Source: the human T2T-CHM13v2.0 reference genome, Homo sapiens
DNA: 64,000 nt
Assembly: GCF_009914755.1 (NCBI RefSeq)
Contig: NC_060927.1
Reading direction: 5' to 3' (one strand)
Shown: piece by piece, positions 1-14,781 of the stretch
Layout of the letters: every line of letters begins with the position of its first letter
Numbering within the stretch: position 1 is the first letter of the stretch
Notes under the pieces: generated by a model
The model's input: only the letters and a program-made list of their open reading frames with translations
Told to the model about the DNA's origin: nothing
The model's database searches: none
Program-made: the position numbers and the translations under genes

Positions 1-2020
1 GTATCAGTTCTAAAATAAAACTTTTCACTTTATTAAAAAAGAAACTCACATTTTCTCATGTGTTAAGTTAAAGAAAAATGTCTTGTAAATATTAATCTTC
101 TAAAACTCACATTGAAAACTCACACTGATTCTTCAAGTGTCGTGACATAGCAAAACGTTTGACTTCAATGTCCTTCATCTGCTGATGAGGAGTCATTATA
201 TAGACGACTTTCTCTTAAGCCTGTTCACAAACTAAAATCTAACTCAGATTTTCCAAGGCCCACTTATATTCTCCATCTTGACTTACTATAGTTTGTTAGG
301 AAGGTCTTTATAACTGTATTCTTTTTGTTTTCTGGAAGATGTAATAAAGGCAGAAAAAATTAGTTACCAAAGCAATGTGAACTGTATAATAATGCAGCTG
401 TGCATAGAGAATGTAAGAGGATTATTTGCAATTTAGATTATATTTAATGCAAATATCTCAATCTAGTTCACTTTTATTAGTTGCTTCCTCCCATCTCCAG
501 ACATTTCTATTGCTAACGGTAGAAATGAGAAAAATAATTACCGAAGAACAATTCCCTAGATTCATTATAGTTTGTTCAGTTTTTTTCTTAGTTAAATAAT
601 AAGGTTTGCTATTTTTGGGCAGGAATCAAGGTACCTAGAGGGACAGGATTATAATAGCATACCTTAGAAATTTGCAAAAATTCATAAATTAACTAAGGAT
701 GATTTCTTGTATCTAAATATACTGTGCTATAAGAGTCCATGGCCAAGTAGCTTATTAAACTTTTACTGTTTCATCATTCCTGACTTGTGGATTGGAATAC
801 ATCCTCAGCTTCACAGAGAATTTGGATATAGGTTTTTATGAGAAAAAAGAAGGGAAGAGAAAGGGAGAGGAGAGGAGAAGAGGAGAAGAGAAGAACCCCA
901 CAGGAAATATATAATCTGTATGATCCTTTACACAAATTTGATCAAAGGCAAAACATTTCAATGTGCTAAACTTTCTAGGAAATAAAAAAGAAGACTTATT
1001 TTCATCCAGCACTAATAAAGGGGAACAAATTACACTTCATTTAAAAAAATACTAGGAAGAAGACATACTAGCTGCACATAATTTTCAAACTTTAAGAAAA
1101 ATTAACAGCTGTAGTAAATGGAGGCATGCAAAAATATTGGATGAGGTTTCATCACTAGCAATAAGCAAAGACCAATTATGATATAATATAGCTTGACATC
1201 TGTTATCAAAGTGGATGCCTCATAAGTAAGAAAGAAACATTTGGTTTGAAGGGGAAATAAAAACACACACAAAAATGTAAAACTGAATCCTGCATATAAG
1301 GTGAGACTTCTTGAATGATTTCTGGTATCAGAAGTCTTCCTTTACTCTAATCATTTGTTTTATTACTAGATCCTAATGAAGAGCCTTGTTCATATTGTCA
1401 GTCAGTATTGTTAAGCTCTGTTCTGTTCAAGAAATAAAATGGAGTATAAAATGCCTTAAGCACAAAGAAATATTTTTTCTTTTTAATCCAAATCAAAATC
1501 TTCACGTATTTTCACCGTTGCTGAGATGTAGTGTGTTTTTTTAATCCTAAATTTCTAACTGGGAATCAAGTGCCCACTTAAAGCATACTTTTATATATTA
1601 TGTGAACATTTTAATCTTAATAAGTATTTAAAAGAGGCTTGTGTACTTAACCCACTCTCCTAAATACTTCACTAAAGTCGTTGGATAGAGTCATGAAAAC
1701 AAATTGGTTTCCAGTGCACAGTTCTCTTTTAGTAATTTCTTTGTATTGCACATCTTCAGTTATTCATCAGCTGAAAGGGCAAAGAGTTACCACACAAAAG
1801 ATCTCTAAGATCTTTAGTACACTGTTGGTATGATGGATGAACAAAGCTTTCATGGTCTGGAAGATTATTCTGTCTTCTTTCCTCTGCATTGTTTGGATAT
1901 AAAGGTTTGCATAATTAGCTGGCAAGTTAAAGAGGAGATACGAGGCAATGTTTAGCCTCCTCCAACTTCAGAAAATGAATTGGGCTGAATACTAAATCAT
2001 ATTAAAGAAAATCAGAAACT

Positions 2021-2570
2021 TTTTCTTTCCCTTCCTTCCTTCTTTCTCTCCCTTCCTTCATTCCCTCCTTCCCTCCTTCCTTCTTCCCTCCCTTCCTTCC
2101 TTCCCTCCTTCGTTCTTCCCTCCCTTCCTTCCTTCCCTCCTTCCTTCCTTCCCTCCTTCCTTCTTCCCTCCCTCCCCCCTCCCTTCCTTCCTTCTTCCCT
2201 CCCTCCTTCCTCCCTCCCTCCCCCCTCCCTTCCTTCCTTCCTTCCTTCCTCCCTCCCTCCCTCCTTCCTCCCTCCCTCCCCCCTCCCTTCCTTCCTTCCT
2301 TCCTTCCTCCCTCCCTCCTTCCTTCTTCCCTCCCTCCTTCCTCCCTCCCTCCCCCCTCCCTTCCTTCCTTCCTTCCTTCCTTCCTCCCTCCCTCCTTCCT
2401 TCTTCCCTCCCTCCTTCCTCCCTCCCTCCCCCCTCCCTTCCTTCCTTCCTTCCTCCCTCCTTCCTCCCTCCCTCCCCCCCTTCCTTCCTTCCTTCCTTCC
2501 TCCCTCCCTCCCTCCAGTCTCTCCTTTCTTCCTTCCTTCCTTCCTTTATTCTTCCCTTTTTCCCTTTATT
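2021..2570 (+). repeat. Polypyrimidine/polypurine tract (CCTT/CCCT low-complexity repeat)
   Basis: About 550 bp almost entirely C/T on the + strand, with only a few purines. Confidence 0.97.
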
Positions 2571-3434
2571 CATTAGCTGGGCAAGTGCATCCAGATGTCT
2601 TCCCTAATTTCCAAATGTGAAGATGCATTATGTTTGTACCCATTTTCATCTTCCAGAGACAACAAAGCAACTGTTATCATTTGAATGCGATCATACGAAT
2701 CCCAGAGGAGTGACAGCCTAATGATCTGTAGAAAGCTCAAATGTACTTTCAAATAATGGCACTAGAACACTTATTTTAATAAGGGGGCAGACTTTGCATT
2801 AATTATAGATAAGAAAATAATCTCAAACTTGAAACAAATTGGCTTCTTTTTTGAGTCTTCCAAATTCTATCGGTTTTGCTCTTATTCACGTCTGTTTGCT
2901 TTAGTCTGTGCCATAAAATTGATGGCAGCAAGCCCACAGTTTCAGGGATGAGTCTAGGAACTGCCAGAAAATGTCCTGGAAACTTAGTTTTGTAGTAGCA
3001 TATACAAATCTTAAAATAGCTTGATTTTAAATGCATACTTAAATATTAGAAAAGACTTGGGAAATAATACTCCAAGAAAATTATACAAAAATTTAATTGT
3101 GATGTTTTTCTTTAATGGGTAGTTTCAGCATATCAAATAATTATTCTTGAATTCAAAGTTATTGACTTTATATCACTATTCACTGGAGGTCCCAACATTT
3201 GACTAATCACCTCCATTAGACTTTAAGGCTCCGTAATAGCAGACAACATGTCTGTTTTTTTGACTCTTGTAGACTTGCATAGAGTCAGTGTCTGATAAAA
3301 GGCTGTTTGGTAAAGGTTTTACCTGAGTAAGTAAACCATTAGACTAATTGTATTAGAAAGAACCTTTAAAGTGATTAGAATTATACTGCATACACTTGAA
3401 ACTACAGCGTATCCTTTCAAATGAAAAATCAAAG

Positions 3435-3458
3435 TGTGTGTCTGTGTGTGTGTGTGTG
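3435..3458 (+). repeat. (TG)n microsatellite
   Basis: gtgtgtctgtgtgtgtgtgtgt. Confidence 0.85.
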
Positions 3459-3873
3459 TAGGTGTATTTTCTCTTCTAAACAACTGGTGTGGATGTTGGC
3501 TAAGATATTTTGAGGTTGTTTGAGACCTGTTTCAGAGGTATATGAGTAAATTTAAGAAGAATATACTTTAAAAAACATTTATTAGAAATTTTGTATCTAT
3601 TAGACACTGAACTGAGCACTTCTTATGCAAAAACTCAGTTAACATTCACTATAATTCTTTGAAAGAGGCAATTTTATTATTCAGATTATATAGATAAGGA
3701 AGCTGAGATTGTCCAATATCACACAACTTGAATGGCTGAGGTAGGTGAATTTTCAAATCTCAAAGCCTACAATGTCAAAAACATAAATCTGGTGTTTTAA
3801 TGATTTCAACTAAGTACCTCAACATTAACATTAAAAAAATTGATATTACTGTTTCCTAATAAAAAGCAATTTT

Positions 3874-4003
3874 GCTGAGTGTTGTGGTGTGTGCTTATAA
3901 TCCTAGCTACTTGGGAAGCTGGACTGAGTTAGAAGGATTTCTTGAGCCCTAGGTTTCTAGATATGCCTGGGCAACATAGTGAGCTCCCCATCTGAACAAA
4001 AAA
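3874..4003 (+). mobile_element. Old Alu monomer (FLAM/FAM-like)
   Basis: tgtggtgtgtgcttataatcctagctacttggga...cctgggcaacatagtgag...aaaaaa; single arm, heavily diverged. Confidence 0.75.
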
Positions 4004-6471
4004 GAAGTAAGCAGTCTTCTCATGCAGTTTTTCTAAAACAAAACGAAACAAACAAACAAATAATAAAAAAAAACTAGAGTATATAGTTGCATACAGAGAT
4101 ACAAATGGAATATAAACAAATTTCATTCTCAATGATAGAATTACAAATAATACAGTTTTTAGGATAATATCTGTGGCTGTGGGTGACTAGCTCATCTCCT
4201 TATTTCTTTAGTACTTATTCAAAACATATCTATATCATCTGACAGATAACTTAGAAAACTTTGATAAATAAATCATTTTTCAACTTTTAAGTTAAAATAT
4301 TTTTTCTATTTTATTTGAAATCTTTACAAAAATCCTATCCAATTTTCAAAATATTTTGTCTCTATTTAGCGTTGTGTTTCCTTCCAAATGGCACAGATTT
4401 CAACTTGGAATCATGAGAATATAATTGCCTTACATATTCTTCCTGCTTTAGAAAAGCTGTATGTTATTTTAGTTTAACTTCCTTTTATGAACCTACACTC
4501 CTGCCTAGCAGTGAATTTAGGTTAAAAATTTTAAGGTGTTGAACCTAGTATCATTTTATGTATTAATATACACAGTGTCTAATATGCAATGAGGGGATTT
4601 TAGGTAATGTAATGAATTTAGTGAAGCTAAAATTTTAAATATATCTATGTGTATTTAATTTTATTTGTATATCTACATAAAAGATGTTGTATATAGGGAA
4701 AGTAAGATGAAACAACCAAATGTGCCACATTAAGGTGCATAGACAGCAATGACACTGTTTATGGAGGAAGCTGTCAGCACAACAAATAAACATTGTAAGT
4801 CAGTTTTGTTACCATAAACATATATACAGACTCGAGCCTAAATCATGCTTAATGAATTTTTCAAAGTGAGCATTGAACATTGAATTTGTAATGATTAAAA
4901 TGGTGATACACACAAAATAATCTTATTTCATTTTAATAATCGATTTCAGATACTTAAGTAATTGGTGAAAACCTTTAACCAAAATAATTTCAAATCTATA
5001 TTAATATTAGAGAGGTAACAATAAAGATATGTGTGCTACCTACCATATAAAATGCCATATTTTTCCACAATTCTTTTTTCCCAATTATTTTACTGATCAT
5101 TAGTAAGTTAAAAATATCCCATCCATATTTTCTACTATTTGAAAGTGTTACAATGTCCCATTTAGCCTTCAATTATTTCTCATGGAACTACTTTATTTTA
5201 TTAGCGTGCAATTAGAAGTATTTTATAATCAAAGATTTCTATTCTTAAATTATTTCAGGTAACAATTTTCTGGGTATTTTTTCCTCCAAAATTTTTTTTC
5301 TGTTACTTGAATACTTTTTTTGAATCAAAAATAATATTAGGCCCTTTAAAAGAATTTCAAGTTATCTTGAAGTAATGTTGTCTAATCTTCCATTCAGTGT
5401 TTTATTCTCTTTAGTATATCTGCACAAAGCTATTCTAACTTCTGTTTTTTCACTTTTAATAATGGAATATGTGTCACAATCTGGACAAGGTCATTCCAAT
5501 CCCTGACAACTTTATTCGTTACTAAATCTAGTTGGAAAAATAGACCTGCATTCAGGCCCTACTAGAATTCCAGGCCCCAGGGCTATTTTTATTTTTTTTC
5601 TCAAAGAGAAATATGTCTTTATTAATACCAAATATAATATTAAGCTCAAAAATATCCCCATAAATTTTACCCAGGGTTTCTCTGCTTTTCCTATAGAATA
5701 AATTTAAATTCTCCCTATGACATAATTTTAATTGTACTTGACACCAGATGTATTCACTACTGCTACTCTCTCTCTGTATATATAGACCTCAAGACTAAAG
5801 ATAACCTCTTCATTGTGAAAAAATGAGATTACTCTTATCTGGAGAAATGGCATATGAGGGCTAGTTTTCTGTTGATTTTTTAAAAATCCACAATAAAGAA
5901 ACTGAACTGACTTTTTTTCAGGAAGCTGTTTGTTAGTCAATAATTGAATTTTATTGCCTGACATGTGCCAGGAATGTGGGCAATGGATATAACAGTAAAC
6001 AGAACCTGTAAGTCACTGATCTCTGAGATCCATCAGTTTAATGATTGGAGATTAATAATAAATAAATTGATTAATAGATATTAATTTATGTAGTAATATC
6101 ATCTATGAAGAAAATATAAGCAGGATAACCAAATTTTTTTAATAATGTGGTAATTTGGAACTGGCTATTGAGTCATAGAAAGGAGTTCTCAGCTGAACTG
6201 AAGAAGGGTATTGAAAGCCAACCTTCCTTCCTGCCCTTCTTGGCTACAGCTTTCTAGCTTTTGCAAACAAACAGAAACGTGAGAAAGATGAACAGGCTGG
6301 ACTTTACAGCTCTCATGCATGCTAAATATAGCACAAGCAATTCCTTCTAGACTCTTCTGAAATGACAGTGATGAATGTGATTTCTGAATGACTTGCTAAT
6401 TGCAGCTAAGTCAGTCACAGGATTTTGTTTCTTCTGTCCAAGGCGGATGTGCCATAATGAAAACCGCAAGG

Positions 6472-6852
6472 ATAATTATTTTATACTGAAAACTATTATT
6501 TAATAACTTATGATTTGCATGTACCTTGGAAACAATCTCATGACTGTCATTCAGAAATGTCTATCTGAGGGAATGCTGAAGAATCAGAAGCATCTTGTTT
6601 TATTAAATGTTATACTGCTTTACAATTACAGCTACAGAAATATTGTTATGATCAAATTTGTTTTTTGCATTTTATATAAATACATCATTATGAAATATGG
6701 AACAAAGCATATAATATACATTATAAAGATAAATAAATAGAAAGATTTTGAAATTAGAAATTTAAAAAAAGTATTTTTGGATGTTTACTTACTACACTGA
6801 GCATGGTAACTTTATAAGAAACATGAGAAGTATTCCTGCCAATAGTATATTT
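6472..6852 (+). repeat. Dispersed direct duplication, copy 1 (partner 23151-23533)
   Basis: Shared blocks such as tgtaccttggaaacaatctcatgact and atgtctatctgagggaatgctgaagaatcagaagcatcttgttttattaaat. Confidence 0.93.
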
Positions 6853-7399
6853 ATCTTGTTTATGTTGACCTGGTATTCCAGAAACAAGTAAGACCTTACT
6901 ACTTAAAGGTTGTAAAAAGTAAAAAGTCAAATGACCATTCAGATTCTGAGTTCCCAAGACATAAGCTCACCCAAATTTCTGTTCTCTATACACTATTTTG
7001 ACAAATGTATCCGTTTTTGCCTCTCATTATTCTTATACATGGTGATTCATATCTGTCTCTCCACATTCTTTCATCCACAATATCTTGCTGGGGTCTAGTC
7101 ATAATATTACACACACTGCATACACACCTATATTTAGCTATTGCCCACTTCTATTTTGCAGGACCACACTATATTAACCCTCACTGTCCCCAGCCCAAAT
7201 ATTTTATGTTCTGTAATTTCATTAATGTCCCCAACTTGCTTCCAGTGGCACATTACACTCTGAGGTGAGAACTGTATGCTGCATGGTTTGGAATCACCAG
7301 CTTTGCAACCAGAGTCTGCTACTAAAAGCTGGTTGAATTTGCATGAAGTTATTCAAATTATCAGAGCGTATTTATCCATTAATTTGCAATAAGTGATAT

Positions 7400-9520
7400 C
7401 AAGGAGACCAAGTTGGTTGAGTATAGTGAGCAGAGAGATTATCTTATCAGAGATTGTCAAACAATTTGTCATATGGGCCCATTTAGATAATGATAAGAAA
7501 TTTAGATTTTATTCAAGATAAAATTAAAAAATCACTGAAGAGTTATTATCCAGGCAGTGCTAAGATCTGGCTTATATTTTGAAAGGATTGCTCCAACATA
7601 GGGAGGAGAATAAACTGGAGAGAAAAGAGTAGGACCAGGGAGACTGGCTATTGTAGTAAACCAGAAAACATACCTTGGTGGCTCAGATTAGGCTTGTAGT
7701 TCTGAAAATGAGACCTAAGTTACTTGCAGATCCATTTTAAAGATCAAGCTGATAGAATTTGCTGATGTGGAATGGGGAAAAATTTTAAAAATAGGAAAAT
7801 TTGTTTTTTTTTTTTTTGTAATTGTAAATGGAGACATTTACAGAGATATACATTCATGAGCATTTACATGATGTTTAATGTCATAGAAATAAATGATTTT
7901 TTGTTTTGTTTTGTTTTTGTTTTGTTGTGTTTTTTGAGACGGAGTCTTGCTCTGTCGCTCAGGCTGGAGTACCGTGGCGCGATCTCGGCTCACTGCAAGC
8001 TCCGCCTCCCGGGTTCACGCCATTCTCCTGTCTCACCCTCCTGAGTAGCTGGGACTACAGGCGCCCACCACCAAGCCCGGCTAATTTTTCGTATTTTTAG
8101 TAGAGCCGGGGTTTCACCGTTTTAGCCTGGATGGTCTTGATCTCCTGACCTCGTGATCCACCCGCCTGCCTCCCAAAGTGCTGGGATTACAGGCGTGAGC
8201 CACCGCTCCGGCCAATAGATGATATTTTTTAAAGGAAGAGTACAGGAAAAGAGAAGAAAAGAGAAATAAGAACTGAGCTCTGGGAAGATTTAGGAGGTTG
8301 GGAAGGTGGGAAGAATCTACATAATAAATAATTAATCATATATTCAAAAAGTATTCATTGACTACCTAATATGTGCCTAATAATGTCGTAGGTACTGGGA
8401 ATATAGTTGCAAACAAAATAAACGAAAAGTCCCATCTTTTTAGAGCTTACATGTTGGTGAAAGAGAGAAAGATGAGCAGGATCAATCCGTTAAGTAAATA
8501 CATGCTAAGGAAAATTCTAAGTGTGTAGGAAGTTGTAATGAGTTTCTAACTCATTCTATTCACTTGCTTAATTCTGCAGTACAGACACTAAGAAATTTAG
8601 TATGCACTTCTAAAAAAAATAAAAAGTCATATTCTTACTGAGCCAAAACAACACTGTCACACTTAATACATTTATTTAACAATAATCTGTTAATATCATC
8701 CAATTCCCAGACTATATTTCTTACTATTCTAAATTACTAAATATGTAATGGACCTAATAATTATAAACAATGTACACTCTTAAAGAGAATTCTGGTTTGG
8801 TTATTTTTCTAAAGGTCAAGTTGACAGATTTTACTGATTAACTGGCAGTGGAGAATGATGATCAATATTGACCTTGAATTTTTTGGCATAAGCAAGAGAT
8901 ATAATGAAGTTTTTTTTTAACTGAAGTGGGGAAGTATGTGAGGAGAATGTTAAAAGTAAATTAAGAATATATAAAGTTTGAAATGCATATTAAATACTTA
9001 AGTAGATACGTACATAAGGCACAGGGGTTTAGGAAGAGACCTGGGCTGCAGATATAACTGGAAGTCATCAGTATGTAGATGTTAGTTAAGGCAGTAAAAC
9101 TGACTGATATCACCCATGGAATAAACATGCACAGGAAAGAGTGGTCCAAGGATTGAGCTGCAGTATATTACAATATTTTGACATGAGAAGAAATCACAAA
9201 GGAGACTAAAATGGTAAGCCTAGAAAGGTTAGAAAAAAAAAAAACTCTGATGATTTCTGGGTTTCCATGACTCCACTGAAAGAGATGCTTCAAGGAGGAG
9301 AGAGACTACACACACATCAAATACTGATGATTCAGAAATAATTAAGTGACTTCGCAACATGGAAATACAGACCAATATGAGAATAGTTGGAATGAGATAA
9401 TTGGGATAGTGAAATAGTTTAAATATAGAATGAGAGGATAAAAGTGGGCAATTGGTAGAGGTAAATTATTAGTGAGTTTTGCTGTCAAGAAGAGTATGAA
9501 AATGGGAAAGTAGCTATTAA
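7400..9520 (-). mobile_element. Fragmented L2 (LINE2) relics, interrupted by AluY
   Basis: L2-like purine-rich segments (tttagattttattcaa..., gaagtcatcagtatgtagatg..., gtattcattgactacctaatatgtgcc). Boundaries approximate. Confidence 0.55.
7897..8213 (-). mobile_element. AluY-type SINE
   Basis: Full dimer with gcaagctccgcctcccgggttcacgccattctc, many intact CpGs, patterned T tail, degenerate TSD aata(a/g)atgat. Confidence 0.95.
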
Positions 9521-11039
9521 ACAATGTGAAGTCTTTTTTTCAGATTACATATTTTTTTTTACAGTAGTAAAACTACATGAATAAATGGAGGGCAAAGATG
9601 ATTTTTTAAAAAAAGAAGAAAAATACTTTTAGAACTAAAGTCTTGCATAGTCATATGTGGATGGGCTCTAGAGAATCCCACTGGCAAGTCTAGATGGGAG
9701 ACAAGGGCATAATCGACATTGCAACTGGAGGGAGGTAGAGAGGACTTGGCCAGGGTTTTTGATAAGTTAATTGATTTTGTGATCTGATTAATTTTGGGTT
9801 TTGTTTTCTTGTGTGTGAGTGTGTAAAAAGCAAGTTTGTAGCTGTGCAAGTAGAGAAGAAATGTTTGAGTTTTGGGAAGACAGAACAGGTATGAATATCC
9901 TTTAGAAGTGTTGAAGGAATAAATTGGCTAGAGACATTAATGCCAGGCAACATTAAAGAATCTCTTGAGTTTAAGGTCTTGAATTTATTCACATAGTGTG
10001 TATACATGTTTATATCCAGACACATTAATTAAGCTGTTTGATAGCAATCACATATTTAAACATAAACAAGGTTGTGATTCTTGCAGGTGAGAAAGATTAA
10101 GAGAAAAAGGCCAAAGCATTTCACAGTTTATTTGTATGAACACTGAGATAATTAAAAATGTTTACAAGATTTTTAGTAGATAGAAGGAAAGTAAGCTAGA
10201 TGCTAAAACATATTCAATGGATGAGTAAGATTCAGCAGGCTTTAAGCAGTTGAATGCAGCAAGAATAAAATGTAAATAGTATACTCTGATGTAATCTAGT
10301 AGAATCTACTTTAAGAGAGTTTATTCTGTGGAAGAAGGAGGAATAATGTTTTGAAAAAAATAACGAGCTCTTAGTAGACATATATACATATATATGGCTC
10401 TATGGTACACGAATAGCAGAATAAAAAAGCCATCACTTGAGAAGGGTGAAGATGAAGTAGAATCTTCACGATCAGTCAGGCATCAGTGTAAAAGAAGTGT
10501 TCATAAGTTGAAACTGCAGTTAGTTTTGCTGCCAGATTGCAAATCACAAAAGAAGAGTTGAGGGCTTTAGAAGCTTAGAAAATGTGTTAGTTTGACTAGT
10601 GTAGATTTCAGTATAGGTTACTAAAGGTTACTGCTAGGTTACACAAACCTGTTTCTGAAGGACTTTAAAACATGTTTCTTAGTGGCATACAATGTTTTGT
10701 TACATATTTTAATTCTTTAGCATATTTGCACACTCATATGCACGTAGGCAGATGGAAAGACATGTCTCTTCATATGATTCTGTAAGATCTGAGATACAGC
10801 ACAGATGGATGATAGCAATAACCTAAATCATTAAACATAAAGATCATATTTTTAATCTTTACCAATCTTTTACTTTTATTTTTGTTAAACTTACTTTCTT
10901 TGCCTTTAGAAATGACACATTTCTTTTTCTAATTTTTAAAACACTTCTTCTTACTTTAATTTTCAGTCCGACATACGTTCTTAACTCATGAAATGGCCCT
11001 GGATATTGCTAAGTAAGAAAACTGAATAACATTCATTGA

Positions 11040-11765
11040 TTTTCCTTTCTTCTCACACACTCTCCATATCTACCTGATTACCAGAGCTCATAGATAATAT
11101 TCTCTGGACATCTGAAATCCATCCTCTGGCTTGTCTTTTCATTCCCAAAGTTACTCCCCAGTGTAGACCATTTGTATTGCTGCCCTGGAACACGACCATG
11201 TGTCTCCTCTCATTCTCCCTGTCAGCTTTCTTACTCTCTTCTATGCCATTCTCTCTTCTGCACACAAAATGATTTTTCTAAAATTCAAATTTGATAGCAT
11301 TCTCCCCTCACATTAAAAAAAAAAGTTTTCACATGGTGCTCTTGGCACGTAATCTAAAACAAGCTTGGTTTACAAATGTACAGTCTGGTTTCTTCATAAC
11401 TCCCCAGATTCATGTCTCCTCACACCTGCCTTTTTACTTTCTCTTTCTCTATCACCTCTCGGTCTTTGCCTGTACTGTTTCATCTTACCCCAAAACTTTT
11501 TATTTCTTTAAGAAAGGTTTCTATAAGCTTCTAAGACTGGACTGAGTTTCTCCTATGTTGTATTTCCCAAGCCTGTAGTTAATCATAGTATAGTTCTCAT
11601 TATGTGGTTTGGTAAATTGCTTATTTGCTGTTATCTGCCAGCGGTAAGTGGTAACCTCAGTGATGGTAGGCCTGCATTTTACTCTACGATATATTCATAC
11701 TGACTCCATAGCACCTAGCCCAGTGCCTGGCTCACAGTTGGTGCTCAATAAATATTTGTGAAGTG
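11040..11765 (+). mobile_element. L2 3' fragment
   Basis: Typical L2 3' end: gcacctagcccagtgcctggctcacagttggtgctcaataaatatttgtgaa. Confidence 0.7.
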
Positions 11766-12693
11766 ATTATAGTAAATCATACAGATGTGAGGTAACATTT
11801 AATATAAAATATCAGATATTTTATGATCATCATTTACATTCATAATGTTGGATAAAACCAAAAGGGATTAGAATCAGATACACAAATAATGGTGTAAACA
11901 CATCTTTATAATAATAATTATATAGTTTTTTAAATCTGCCTAAATAATAGCCAAATCATAAATGAAGTATTATTCTAATTGTTTAATGGCCATATTTGGT
12001 TCTCTTTATGACAGTATTGAATGATTATGCAAAACTCAGTTATTAAATTAGAGAAAGAAAACAGCATGACCAGAACACTATAATCTTATAGAAACAATTA
12101 TAAATCATGACACCGTGTCTTTAGGAGGTTATGTTAAATAAATACAATCAAAATCTCTAACTTTAAAACAACTATGATCGATCATATTTTCCTTAAGAAA
12201 TTATTACTTTTTTGGGGGGTTGGTGGAGCGGAGTAGGAAATGTAAATGGTATCTAATTTTCATTTCCTTTTTAATTTTAGAGCTAAAATATTACAAAACT
12301 GAAGAAAATGTTTCACTGAGTTCTTCATGTTAATTCATTTAAATTTTTCACACTGGTATTTTTTATAAGTTCATTGCAAAAACCTTGAAGATTGAGGTAA
12401 ATTATAATTGAATTATAATGTTTGTCTACCTTTCTGACATAATATGATTTTTATTTTTTCTGCGATCTCTCATGATAAAGGCCATTTTTAAAATCAAGTC
12501 ATATTTTCTAGAACCTTATTTGTCTAATAAATTTCCTTAGGAAATATAAAGTTCTCCCTATTTAGAATACAATAATACTTTAATATACCTAAAACATAGT
12601 TGTTTTCAACAACCAGTTACCATCAGCGGCATAGTACACTCAGATATTTATTTAATAATGATTGAGATAAAGATAAAGAAATGTTATTATGAG

Positions 12694-12697
12694 ATTT

Positions 12698-12728
<31 letters not shown>

Positions 12729-13039
12729 TTTATTTATTTATTTTTCAGACAGAGTCTTATTCTGTCACCCAGGCTGGAGTGCAGTGGCATGATCTTGGCT
12801 CATCACTGCAACCTCCGCCTCCCAGGTTCAAGTAATTACCTTGCCTCAGCCTCCAGAGTACCTGGGACTACAGGCACATGCCACCACACTTGGCAATTTT
12901 TTTTTTGTACAATATTTTTAGTAGAGACAGGGTCTCACTATGTTGGCCAAGCTGGTGTTGAACTCCTGACCTCAAGTGGCCCACCGAACTGATCCTCCCA
13001 TAATGTTGAGATTACAGGCATGAGCCACTACACCTGGCT
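12694..13039 (-). mobile_element. Alu (S/J-type) with (TTTA)n tail
   Basis: Dimeric Alu consensus; (ttta)n at 12694-12745. Confidence 0.93.
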
Positions 13040-13127
13040 GATGTATTTTAATGCAAAAATTATTTACTCATAGTGAAAATTGTATGCTTAACATTTGTTG
13101 ATTTGAATTTCCTTTAATGGAAACTGA

Positions 13128-13443
<316 letters not shown>

Positions 13444-13805
13444 ATATTGCTTGTTGTAAATAATGTTAAGTGTTCCAACTCCAGCTATTGAAAAACAGTG
13501 ACAGATTCTAGTCATTAATTTATATATGCTGATGGAAAATAGATTTCAAGATTTATTTTAATATGTCAAATACATACCTAATTTTTGCATACCAGATACC
13601 TGTACCATATGAAAATAATGAGAAAGTCATATATTCCTTTTAGTAGCTGTTGATATGTTTAATTTGTAATACTTTAGTCACTTTTATGAACAAATGCTAC
13701 ATAATCTATGATGTTGTAAGATTAAAAATGTATTTTACTTGAATACCAATTTGGTTTTTTATAAACATGATAAATAAATATTTAATTTGAAACGCTATGA
13801 CTATA

Positions 13806-13953
13806 GATCGGGTGAGGTGGCTCATTCCTGTAATCTCAGCACTTTGAGAGGATTGTTTGAGCTCTGGGTGGTTGAGGCTGAAGTGAGAGCCATGATTGCA
13901 CCACTGCACCCCAGCCTGGGAGACAGAGCAAGATCCTGTCTTTTCAAAAAAAA
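13806..13953 (+). mobile_element. Monomer-length Alu (FRAM-like or internally deleted AluJ) with TSD
   Basis: Left-arm start joined to right-arm end; gctatgactata on both sides (13794-13805, 13955-13966). Confidence 0.85.
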
Positions 13954-14781
13954 GGCTATGACTATACTGTGGTTACTTTATTTCTGACAACCAAAAAGAC
14001 TAATTTTGAATCACATCTAGGTTGCTATAAATGTACTTCTAAAGAGCCATTCATATCTACAAAACACGGGCATATACTGCAGAAAAATGCTAAATATAAT
14101 TTTCTCTCTGGATAAGTTAAGAAAGTAAAACATAAGAAAAAAGGAAACTATCAATTATGGAGTAATGTACTTACAGTTTTTATCCCTTTTGACTTTATAT
14201 ATTATATTAAGTTTAAAAAGTAAGAAAGCCAATGACTATGCTTACTTTATTTAAAAAGTAAATGATCCATATGTATTTCTCAAAATATTATTAAATTTTT
14301 TAATGGATATCATAATGTTATTTGGTATTTAGCTTATGGAAGAAAAAAACCGTTATGGACTTTCATGTTTCTATATCGCAAAAATGTTAATTTGTATTTT
14401 ATGTGGTCCTCTTGAGGGATTGGATGGACAACATTAAGCCAATATAAGCAAACGTATTTAAATCCAAGTATAAAACCATAGCTAAACCCAACTTCCATGT
14501 GGTTTAAATTTTAAACATGTATGAGAGTTTTCAGCTTTTGTGAAAGCATTACACTATTGCCAAATTTGAATGTTCATGTGTTTTTTTTGTATGGCATTCT
14601 GAGTAAAACTTACTTATTGTATACTTTTAATGTTTTTATTATGCACTAAACATTTAGGATGAATGAGCAGATTTTAAATTTTGTATATGCAATGTGCATT
14701 AAAATGTTATTTCTCACTATGTATATGTCTATATAATCCTACATGTATAACTTTTTAGATCCATTGCACAAATTTATCATT

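Noticed and set aside
2058-2573. 171-aa G/R/E/K-rich ORF
   Set aside because: Translation of the purine-rich simple repeat; it lacks stops only because that strand has almost no T.
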